Of a stretch of 64,000 bases of DNA, positions 53,567 through 61,156 are shown piece after piece (the first letter of the stretch is position 1; every line of letters starts with the position of its first letter). The notes beneath the pieces are model-generated. The model saw only the letters and a list, made by a program, of their open reading frames with translations, searched no databases and was not told where the DNA came from. Source of the DNA: Planctomycetota bacterium (lineage in GTDB: Bacteria > Planctomycetota > PLA2). The DNA is taken from the NCBI GenBank assembly GCA_027297745.1, contig JAPUHK010000024.1, forward strand, positions 994 through 64,993, given 5' to 3'. The position numbers were made by a program, and so were the translations under genes.

Positions 53567-56395
53567 CTAGGGTCCGCTGACGTAGTTGCCGGCGTTGCCC
53601 CCGATGTTGCCGTTGGCGTCCAGCCAGGAGTCCAGGTGGATTCCGATGGCCGGGTCGGGGTTGGTCAGCCTGTCGATCAGCGTGCCCGTCAGCGGTCCCG
53701 CCATGGTCGGGTTGGGCGTGCCCGTGCGCAAGCTCGGGCCCGTCCCCGGCATGAGCGGGTGGTTGCTGGAGCTCGTCGGAGTTCCGTCCGCGAGCACGAT
53801 GCTGTCCAGGTTGTAAGCGATGCGGGTCATGAACGTGGCCGGGTCGAAGGCCGTCGCCGGCGCGACCGTCACGTTCTGGATGCCCGGATCGGCGAAGATG
53901 CCGTACCGGTTCGGGTTCTGGTCCAGCGGGTTGATAGCGCCGCCGTTCCCGTCGAACAGGAACAGCCCCGTACCCAGGCCGGCCACCATGTGCACCCAGA
54001 AGGGTGAGTTCATCTGGTTGCCGGAGTTCTGGCCGAAGTGCTGCCTCAGCTCCGTGAAGTCCAGTTGATCGTAGCTTCCGCTCGCCATGGCGGAACGGAA
54101 GGCCACGTACTCGGTCCCGTACTGCTGCATACCCGCCTCGGTGATGTGGCACGCGACGCAGTAGCGCGGGCCCTCCATGGTGGAGGTGACGCGGCCGCGG
54201 ATCGAGTGGGCCATCATCGCGTTGTGACCGAGCGAGGGCGTTTGGTTGGGGTCGCTCCCCTGCGCCTTGCGGTCGGAGAACGTGAAGATGCTGGACAGCT
54301 GGTTGTTGCGGTCCTCCCACTGGAAGAACATCTTCGTGTTCGAGCTGACCTGCGTGATCTCGTTGTGCGGGCTGATGCCCAGCGCCATGAACACGGGCGA
54401 CTGGTACACGAACTCGGCCTCGTCCTCCTCGAAGACGATGCGCTCGCCCGTGATGTTGCTGAAGTCATTCGAGTACTCGCCCTTCAGGTGACAGCCCATG
54501 CACGTGTTCGTCCACGAAGCGTGGCAGGACGCGCAGTCCAGGTCGTCCGTGTGGCTGAAGTTGCTCGGGACCGCGTTGTTCGCCTGGATCGGACCTATGC
54601 CGGTCGTGCCCAGGCCGTCGTCACGGCCCATCGCATAGGAGGCCTTGTCGCTGTACAGGGGCGCCCCGCTGAACGGGTGCGTCCGGCCCGTGTTCACGGT
54701 GACGTCCAGCGTCTGCGGGACGAAGTGACGCGCGCCCGTGAGACGGCTGTACAGGTAGAAGTGGCCGTCGCTCTCCAGCACGACGTGCGCCAGGGTGTTC
54801 CCCTCGCCGTCCACCGCCAGCTCCTGGGTGGTGTTGTCGTAGGCCGTGCCTTGAGCCGTCTGGGCATAGGCCGCGACGCCGCCGTGGCAGCTCTCGCAAC
54901 GGATCCCCACGGCGTGCTCCATGCGGCTCACGATCTTGCCGCCGCTCGGGGAGGTCACGTCGCCGCCGTGCAGGTCGAAGCTGCCGTGGCAGTCGATGCA
55001 GCCCATGCCGGCCTCGTAGTGCACGTCGGGCGGGGTGTCGTCGCGGCCGTCGTCGTCGTAGTCCTCCTCGAGGAGGTACTGGTTGCGGTTGCGCCCGTTG
55101 AACTCGCGGTTCCCCAACCGGATCAGGACGCCGTTCTGGTCGTAGATCGGCAGGTTGGGGTCGAACAGGCGCGTGTCGCCGGAGGTCGTCCGGTAACTTC
55201 CCGGCTGCGACGGGTACTGGAAGCCGCGCCGCACGTCCTGGTTCTGGTCGAGGCGGATGCCCCAGTACTGCATGACCGTGCGGTTCGAGCCCTGGTGGCA
55301 GCCGGCGCAGGCGTAGTCGTCGATGCCCTGGACGAACTCGCCGCTGGACAACGTCTTGGCCACGGTGCGGATCAGGTGGCGGGCGACGTGCGGCAGCTCG
55401 GGCTCGTCGATGTCGTCCGGATCGTACGGCTCCATGCGGTTGAGGTTCGGATCGTTGCTGGTGGAGCGCCCGCTCAGGCTGTGGCGCATGTGGCACGCCG
55501 AGCAACCCGAGCCGCGGTAGTCGCCGTAGCGGTTGTTCGCGCCGGCGCTGCCGAGGTGGCAGTCTCCGCAGGTGTAGGCGATCTGCTCGTGATAGAGCTT
55601 CGCCAGCGGGGAGTCCGTGATCGCCTGGCCCGTCAGCGGATCGATGTCGTCATCGAGCTCGGCGGCGTCGAAATCCGGGTTGTTGCGGATGTCGTTCGGG
55701 CCGTTGTTGAAGCGCCGGCTGTAGACCGGGAACTCCATCAGGTTTTGCACCGAACCGAAGGTCGTCGGGTCGAAGCTCTGGTCCGTGACGGCGCGAATGC
55801 CCAGGTCGGCGGCCGTGTCCTCGTAGCCCGTGTACCCCATCTGGTTGTCCACGCCGGCCGCGAACATCGCGCCGGAGAAGATGCCCATCTCGGTGGCGAT
55901 CGGGCTCTGGGACACGATCTGCGCGTGGTTCGCGTGGCACTGGCCGCAGCTGCGGTTCTGCGTGACCACGCGGATGTCGGCCGGGCTGACGAACTGCAGC
56001 CAGTCCAGCGCGCTGTAGGTCTGCCCGTTCGCGGCCGTGTAGTCCGGGAACTTGTCCGGACCGGCCAGGGTCAGCCGGTTGAAGTAGGCGTGGTCGTTGT
56101 TGATCCAGTTCTGCCGGTCGCCGATCTCGGGCGGCGCCGGGACGTGGCTCGAGGCCCTGTCCGTCCCGTTCGGGTTTCCGCCGTGGCAGGTGGTGCACAG
56201 CAGGTTGCTGGCGCCCGTGAAGGGGTGTGGGTTCTCGAGGCCCGGGCCCCCGTAGTTGTTGTCCACGGAGCCGTTGTGGCAGGTCATGCACGACTGGGCC
56301 GACGCTGTGATCGCGCGGCCGCTGGAGTCGACGCAGCCCGTCACGACGAACGCCAGTAGGAAGATGACTGAGAGGAGACCTCTGTGATGAGTCAT
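53567..56395 (-). CDS. Large multiheme c-type cytochrome lipoprotein (11 CXXCH)
   Basis: MTHHRGLLSVIFLLAFVVTGC carries a lipobox. The motifs are CMTCH, CTTCH, CGQCH, CGDCH, CSACH, CAGCH, CIDCH, CESCH, CASCH, CMGCH and CVACH. Confidence 0.9.
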   Translation of the reverse strand: MTHHRGLLSVIFLLAFVVTGCVDSSGRAITASAQSCMTCHNGSVDNNYGGPGLENPHPFTGASNLLCTTCHGGNPNGTDRASSHVPAPPEIGDRQNWINNDHAYFNRLTLAGPDKFPDYTAANGQTYSALDWLQFVSPADIRVVTQNRSCGQCHANHAQIVSQSPIATEMGIFSGAMFAAGVDNQMGYTGYEDTAADLGIRAVTDQSFDPTTFGSVQNLMEFPVYSRRFNNGPNDIRNNPDFDAAELDDDIDPLTGQAITDSPLAKLYHEQIAYTCGDCHLGSAGANNRYGDYRGSGCSACHMRHSLSGRSTSNDPNLNRMEPYDPDDIDEPELPHVARHLIRTVAKTLSSGEFVQGIDDYACAGCHQGSNRTVMQYWGIRLDQNQDVRRGFQYPSQPGSYRTTSGDTRLFDPNLPIYDQNGVLIRLGNREFNGRNRNQYLLEEDYDDDGRDDTPPDVHYEAGMGCIDCHGSFDLHGGDVTSPSGGKIVSRMEHAVGIRCESCHGGVAAYAQTAQGTAYDNTTQELAVDGEGNTLAHVVLESDGHFYLYSRLTGARHFVPQTLDVTVNTGRTHPFSGAPLYSDKASYAMGRDDGLGTTGIGPIQANNAVPSNFSHTDDLDCASCHASWTNTCMGCHLKGEYSNDFSNITGERIVFEEDEAEFVYQSPVFMALGISPHNEITQVSSNTKMFFQWEDRNNQLSSIFTFSDRKAQGSDPNQTPSLGHNAMMAHSIRGRVTSTMEGPRYCVACHITEAGMQQYGTEYVAFRSAMASGSYDQLDFTELRQHFGQNSGNQMNSPFWVHMVAGLGTGLFLFDGNGGAINPLDQNPNRYGIFADPGIQNVTVAPATAFDPATFMTRIAYNLDSIVLADGTPTSSSNHPLMPGTGPSLRTGTPNPTMAGPLTGTLIDRLTNPDPAIGIHLDSWLDANGNIGGNAGNYVSGP

Positions 56396-56419
56396 TTCTG
56401 ATCTCACTTTGCCCGACCC

Positions 56420-56440
56420 CTCCGGCGGCGACCGCCGGAG
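56420..56440 (-). promoter_or_regulatory. GC hairpin in the leader of the 11-heme cytochrome gene
   Basis: CTCCGGCGG-cga-CCGCCGGAG, a perfect 9-bp stem, lies about 25 nt upstream of ATG 56395. Confidence 0.4.
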
Positions 56441-56630
56441 TCCGAGCGAGAGGGCGTGAGAGCCGGCCCCACGAGGGAGAGACCAACACGCGGTAGTCCG
56501 ATGCTAGGAACGGGTATCACTTGGAGGGGGGCCTGAGAGACGCAACTTGAGACTTCAGCCGGAGCGTCTCGTTGTGAGGCGGCTCGATCGGAAACGCCGG
56601 CGGTCTGCCCCACAAACCGTGCGGGGCCGC

Positions 56631-57278
56631 TCAATTGACGGCCGGCACCCATGCCGTGGGCACGTGGCACTCGTGGCAGTTGTCGACGAAGCCCAGCGGG
56701 ATGTGGGGGGGATTGGTGGTGTTGTTCCGGTCGTCCACGTGGCACGTGACGCACTCGGTGTCCACGGGGATGAAGTTGCCGACCCGCGCGCCCGGGTGGC
56801 AGCGGTAGCAGGCCACCAACGTGTGGGCGCCGAGCAGCGGGAAGCGCGTCCGGTCGTGGAGCGCGATCTGGCCCACGGGGCGCCAGGTCTGCTCGGTGTG
56901 GCAGCGGGTGCAGTCCTTGTCCAGGTCGCCGTAGTGGTAGTCCTCGTGGCAGCCCGTGCAGCCCTGCGAGTGGAAGATCGCCACAGGCCCGCGGTCGTTG
57001 TGGCAACGCAGACATTGCGCCTGCTCATGAGCCCCGTTGAGAGCGAAGCCGGTGTTGGCCAGGTGGTTGAACTTGAAGTCGCTCTTGAGCTTGTTCCAGT
57101 CACCGCCCACGTGGCACAGCTGACAGTCGGCCGGGAACGAGTCGTGCGGCAGGACCGGTCCGAAACCCGCCCACCAACGGTGCTGCTTGCCGGTCAGCGG
57201 GCGCGCGGCGGCGCAGGCCAACAGGATCGCGCTCAGGAGCGCGATCGCGATCGGGCGTCTACGGAATCGGAATCGCAT
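56631..57278 (-). CDS. Periplasmic multiheme c-type cytochrome (7 CXXCH)
   Basis: MRFRFRRRPIAIALLSAILLACAAA is a signal peptide and LLAC could be a lipobox. The motifs are CQLCH, CLRCH, CTGCH, CTRCH, CYRCH, CVTCH and CHECH. Confidence 0.9.
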   Translation of the reverse strand: MRFRFRRRPIAIALLSAILLACAAARPLTGKQHRWWAGFGPVLPHDSFPADCQLCHVGGDWNKLKSDFKFNHLANTGFALNGAHEQAQCLRCHNDRGPVAIFHSQGCTGCHEDYHYGDLDKDCTRCHTEQTWRPVGQIALHDRTRFPLLGAHTLVACYRCHPGARVGNFIPVDTECVTCHVDDRNNTTNPPHIPLGFVDNCHECHVPTAWVPAVN

Positions 57279-57290
57279 GGGTATCAACTC

Positions 57291-59081
57291 TCAAAAGCCC
57301 TTCTGCCAGGTGAACCCAGCGGACCACGAGATCTCCTTGTCGTAGGCGACGACCTCCCCGAACACGTAGACGTCCCAGTTTCCGACGCGATAGACGCTCA
57401 AGCTGCCGCGCAGACGTTGCTGCACCAGGTCGTCCCGGTTCGCGTTCAGGCCGTGGATGTGGTGGAAGGCAAGCTCGTACATCAGGTCCCACCTGCCCTT
57501 GGCCGTCGTGCGGCCGTAGAGGAGACGCACGCCCGCCACGCTCTCGTACTGGCCGATGTTGCCGTAGCCGACGAGGTCCAGGTGCGCCTGGCGCCGCAGC
57601 GTCTGTTCGACGCCGATGTCGAACGCGCCGCCGCTGCCGTCCTCGTCGACCCAGCCGCTGACGTGCCCGTGCAGGCGCCTGTCGGCGCCCAGCATCTTCC
57701 AGAGGTTCAGCGCCAGCCGGTCGAACTCGTTGTTCGCCAGGTCGGCGGCGAAGACGATGGGACGGTATTCGCCCTCCCGCAAGAGCTCTGCGAACGCCCA
57801 GTGCTGATAGAGGAACTGGATGCCGCCCCGGGCGAAGGTGCGGTTCAGGGAGGCGATGGCCTGCGTGATCTCTATGCCTGAGCCCTTGATCGGGTCGCTG
57901 GCGGAGTAGAAGTCGACCCAGATCGTGGCGTGGAAGGCCCAGCCGTCCACCGGCAGAACGTGCATGCGGGCCACCAGGAGGTCGCGGTCCGGGTTGCCGT
58001 TGTTCCAGGTCTTCTGGAAGCCGCCGGCGATCAGGAAACGCTCGTTCGGGTCCTGCACCCACTCGTACCAGCCCGCCAGCTGGAAGTCCTCGAAGGTGTC
58101 GAAGTCGTCGTTCAGCTCCGGCATGTAGCCCATGCTCACGCCGTAGCGGTGCCCGTTGTCGCCCCTATGCGCCCACTGCAGGCCGTCCAGCACGCCGAAC
58201 TCGGGCATGCCGTGCTGCAGGAAGCGGCCGACCTCCCAGCGGTTGCTGTTGAAGCGATTTCCGCCGCGGAAATAGGAGAGGCGGCGCAGCAGGAAGTCCC
58301 CCGTGAGGTCGCTGTTGTACTTGTAGTTCGCCAGGTAGGCCGCCTCCGCGTTGAGGCGGAAGCCGCCGCCCTTGCCGAAGGGATTCGAGTAGGTCAGGTC
58401 CGTGCCGACTCGCAAGTAGGAGCTGGTGAAGTCGCTGTCGGGGTTGTCCGTCACCGCGGCGCTCACATAGGTGAAGCCGGCGAGCCCCTTCCGGCGGTTC
58501 TTGGGGCGCACGGCTCCGGTCTCGGCCAGCAGCGACTTGCTCGTGGACCACTCCTCGTCCTTGTTCTTCCAGGGCGGGTGTTCCGGAGTCTCGCCCTCGG
58601 TGCCCGCGGCAGCAGCGCCTCCGGCTGCCGCTGCACCTGCGGCGACTCCGGCGCCGTCTTTGTCCTTGTCTTCCGGCTCGCCTTCGCCTTCCGGCTTGGT
58701 GCCTTCCCCTTCAGGCTGTCCGCCTTCGGGTTCCGGTTGCAGTTCGGGCTCCGGCTCAGGATCGGGTTGCGTGAAGCGCGAAGCCGGGATCAGCACTTCG
58801 CCGCGCGTGCCCGCTTCGGGAACGAACTTGGCGTCGCGCATCTCGACCACCGCGCTGCGCGCGCGGACCGAGAGCACGGTTCCGGAATAGGTGCCGCCCT
58901 GGCGCGGGAAGAAGGACACGACGTCGCCGATGGCGAGGCCGTCCCGCTTGCCGCGGTCGATGGTGACCGAGGCTCCGGGTCCCGCGGAGCTCACGCGCAG
59001 GGACACACGTTCCAGCTCTTCCTGCGCCCATGCGGACACGCAGGTCCACAGGACCATGGAGAGCAGAATTACAAGCCTCAC
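57291..59081 (-). CDS. Putative outer-membrane beta-barrel protein with periplasmic N-domain and acidic linker
   Basis: The GTG start overlaps the upstream stop (GTGA). The signal peptide is (M)RLVILLSMVLWTCVSAWA. A PE-rich linker (PDPEPEPELQPEPEGGQPEGEG) follows. About 400 aa show alternating amphipathic strands, ending ...SWSAGFTWQKGF with a terminal Phe. Confidence 0.6.
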   Translation of the reverse strand: MRLVILLSMVLWTCVSAWAQEELERVSLRVSSAGPGASVTIDRGKRDGLAIGDVVSFFPRQGGTYSGTVLSVRARSAVVEMRDAKFVPEAGTRGEVLIPASRFTQPDPEPEPELQPEPEGGQPEGEGTKPEGEGEPEDKDKDGAGVAAGAAAAGGAAAAGTEGETPEHPPWKNKDEEWSTSKSLLAETGAVRPKNRRKGLAGFTYVSAAVTDNPDSDFTSSYLRVGTDLTYSNPFGKGGGFRLNAEAAYLANYKYNSDLTGDFLLRRLSYFRGGNRFNSNRWEVGRFLQHGMPEFGVLDGLQWAHRGDNGHRYGVSMGYMPELNDDFDTFEDFQLAGWYEWVQDPNERFLIAGGFQKTWNNGNPDRDLLVARMHVLPVDGWAFHATIWVDFYSASDPIKGSGIEITQAIASLNRTFARGGIQFLYQHWAFAELLREGEYRPIVFAADLANNEFDRLALNLWKMLGADRRLHGHVSGWVDEDGSGGAFDIGVEQTLRRQAHLDLVGYGNIGQYESVAGVRLLYGRTTAKGRWDLMYELAFHHIHGLNANRDDLVQQRLRGSLSVYRVGNWDVYVFGEVVAYDKEISWSAGFTWQKGF

Positions 59082-61156
59082 CGCTTTTCTTCCTTCGCGC
59101 CCCGGCGGAACGGGTTCTCGTCCTCGCCGTGGCAATCGGCGCACCTGCCCCCCATCGGGCGATAGCGGATGAAGTCTTTACCGTTCTCGCGAACTGGTAA
59201 ATGGCAGGCGGAGCAGGCCAGGGGGGTGTGGGCCTCCCCGAGCTGGAAGCTCGAGTCCAGGTCGTGGCGGAAGCTCAGGTCCGTGAAGGCCGCAGCGGCA
59301 GGCCTGTGGCAGCTCCGGCAGTCGGTCAGCCCCTTCACCTCGAACTGCCCGGCATGGGAATCCTGGTGGCAATCCGAGCAGTGGCCGCCCTTGGCGCGGG
59401 CCCAGGTGCGCCCGGCCTCGTCCGGCTCCCGCAGGGGGGTGTGGCAGTCGGCGCAGTCGACTTTCTTGTGCTGGCCGACCAGGGCGAAGCCGGTCCAGCG
59501 CTTGTGGTCGAAGCCGTTCGGGAAGGTCCGGAACGAGCTCTCGCCGTGGCAGCGCTCGCAGCCGGTCTTGCCCTTGAAGGTGCGCGGCATGCCGGGCTTG
59601 TCGAAGTCGTTCTTGTGCGGATCGATGTGGCACGTGTCGCACCCCTCGTACACGCCGAAGCGATCCGAGACGCGGCCGAACGTGCGGCCGAAGCGGTCGG
59701 GTTCCGGGGTGCGCGGGTGGCAGGCCTCGCACTCCTCCTGCGCGTGGGCCGCGACTAGCGGGAACCCCGTCCACGGGCCGTGGTCGAAGGCCTCGGGCGG
59801 GATGTCCCGGAAGTCCGTGGCCAGGTGGCAGTCGGCGCAGCGGCCGTACGTGCTCGCCGATGTCTCCGGCGCGAACTGCTCGAAGAACCCCTCGTGCGGG
59901 TCCGGATGGCATCCGGCGCACTTGACGGGAGTCCCGTGGAACACGCGCGGGCTGCCCTCGATGGGCGCCGCCTCGTGGCACGCGTTGCAGTCGGTCTCGA
60001 TATGGCTGCCGATCAAAGGCAGGGACGTCTCCGCGTGCATCTCGACGCTGAAGATGTGCGGCTCGAAGTAGAGCGTCCCGTGGCAGGCGACGCACGCGCC
60101 GCTCTTGAACGAACCCTCGCCGAACTGGCCGCCGTGGGGATCCTCGTGGCACGCGGCGCAGTCGTCGGCCGCGCGGGCCGGGTAGCGGGCCTTGAAGTCC
60201 TCGTGGTTGAGATCGTGGCAGTCCGCGCAGCCCACTTCGTGATGCGGATCGGTGAGCGAGAACCCGGAGCTTTCGTGCTGCTCCACGGTCATCTCCCCGA
60301 GCTGCCTGTCGTTCCAGGTCGTGTGCTCCGCGCGATGGCACACGTCACAGGCGGCGCCGGTGGGGCGGGAGACCTGCAACGCGACGCCGTCGACGAAACC
60401 CTCGGCGTGCGAGTTCGCGTGGCAGTCCACGCACATGCGCGCGGCCGGGGCGCGATTCTCGCCTAGCGCCTCGAGCGTGTAGGGCTCGTTCGCGTGGCAG
60501 GAGCGGCACTCCATGTTGCTGTGGCCGCCGATCAGCTGCAGGTAGTCCTCGTGGCCGCGCGACTCCAGCTCCGCCCAGGCGCGTTGCCCGTGGCACTGGA
60601 CGCAGCTCAGCGCCGCGTAGCGGCCCTCGTGCACATCCCCGTGGCACGTCGTGCACTCCTGGTCGAGCCCGATGTAGCGCGTCGCGCCCTCCGGCAGGAT
60701 CTCGATGTTCACCTGCAGGTGGCACTCGTTGCAGGCCAGCTCGATGTGCCGGCCGTCCATGGGGAAGCGGATCATGTTGTGGTCGAACTCCGCCGGGTCG
60801 GGCACGCCCGCGGCCGCGAAGCTCTGCCGGTTGACGATGGCGAAGCCCGCGCCGTGGTGCTCGCTGTGGCACAACGCGCACAGCATGGCCTTGTTCCCAA
60901 TCACGCCGTGGAGTCCGTTTCCGGCGGCGATCTGCGCGTCGATCGTCTTGTGGCACTCGAGACACGCATCCGACATGCTCAGGAACAATCCGCCGTGGCA
61001 CGCGGAGCAGCTCTCGCCGCGGTTCAGGTCGCCCACGCGCGCGTGGACGGCCGTGACCTCTCCCGGTGACTTGCGCCCGAGGTGGCCGATCACGACGTAG
61101 AGCACCGCCGCAGCCGAGGCCAGGCCGATCCAGAGGCCGGGACGTCCCAGCTTCAA
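59078..61156 (-). CDS. Membrane-anchored multiheme c-type cytochrome (23 CXXCH)
   Basis: N-terminal anchor GLWIGLASAAAVLYVVIGHL. I counted 23 CXXCH motifs in 692 aa. A recurring module is F-x-H...F-x-L-x-G-x-H-x4-5-CXXCH. The putative TTG start overlaps the upstream stop (TTGA). Confidence 0.85.
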   Translation of the reverse strand: MKLGRPGLWIGLASAAAVLYVVIGHLGRKSPGEVTAVHARVGDLNRGESCSACHGGLFLSMSDACLECHKTIDAQIAAGNGLHGVIGNKAMLCALCHSEHHGAGFAIVNRQSFAAAGVPDPAEFDHNMIRFPMDGRHIELACNECHLQVNIEILPEGATRYIGLDQECTTCHGDVHEGRYAALSCVQCHGQRAWAELESRGHEDYLQLIGGHSNMECRSCHANEPYTLEALGENRAPAARMCVDCHANSHAEGFVDGVALQVSRPTGAACDVCHRAEHTTWNDRQLGEMTVEQHESSGFSLTDPHHEVGCADCHDLNHEDFKARYPARAADDCAACHEDPHGGQFGEGSFKSGACVACHGTLYFEPHIFSVEMHAETSLPLIGSHIETDCNACHEAAPIEGSPRVFHGTPVKCAGCHPDPHEGFFEQFAPETSASTYGRCADCHLATDFRDIPPEAFDHGPWTGFPLVAAHAQEECEACHPRTPEPDRFGRTFGRVSDRFGVYEGCDTCHIDPHKNDFDKPGMPRTFKGKTGCERCHGESSFRTFPNGFDHKRWTGFALVGQHKKVDCADCHTPLREPDEAGRTWARAKGGHCSDCHQDSHAGQFEVKGLTDCRSCHRPAAAAFTDLSFRHDLDSSFQLGEAHTPLACSACHLPVRENGKDFIRYRPMGGRCADCHGEDENPFRRGAKEEKR

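Noticed and set aside
54038-56359. 773-aa plus-strand ORF, with a similar ORF at 61066-63336 (756 aa)
   Set aside because: They are antisense to the 11-heme cytochrome and the FeS/flavin fusion gene, and have Arg/Val/Ala/Gly-rich composition.
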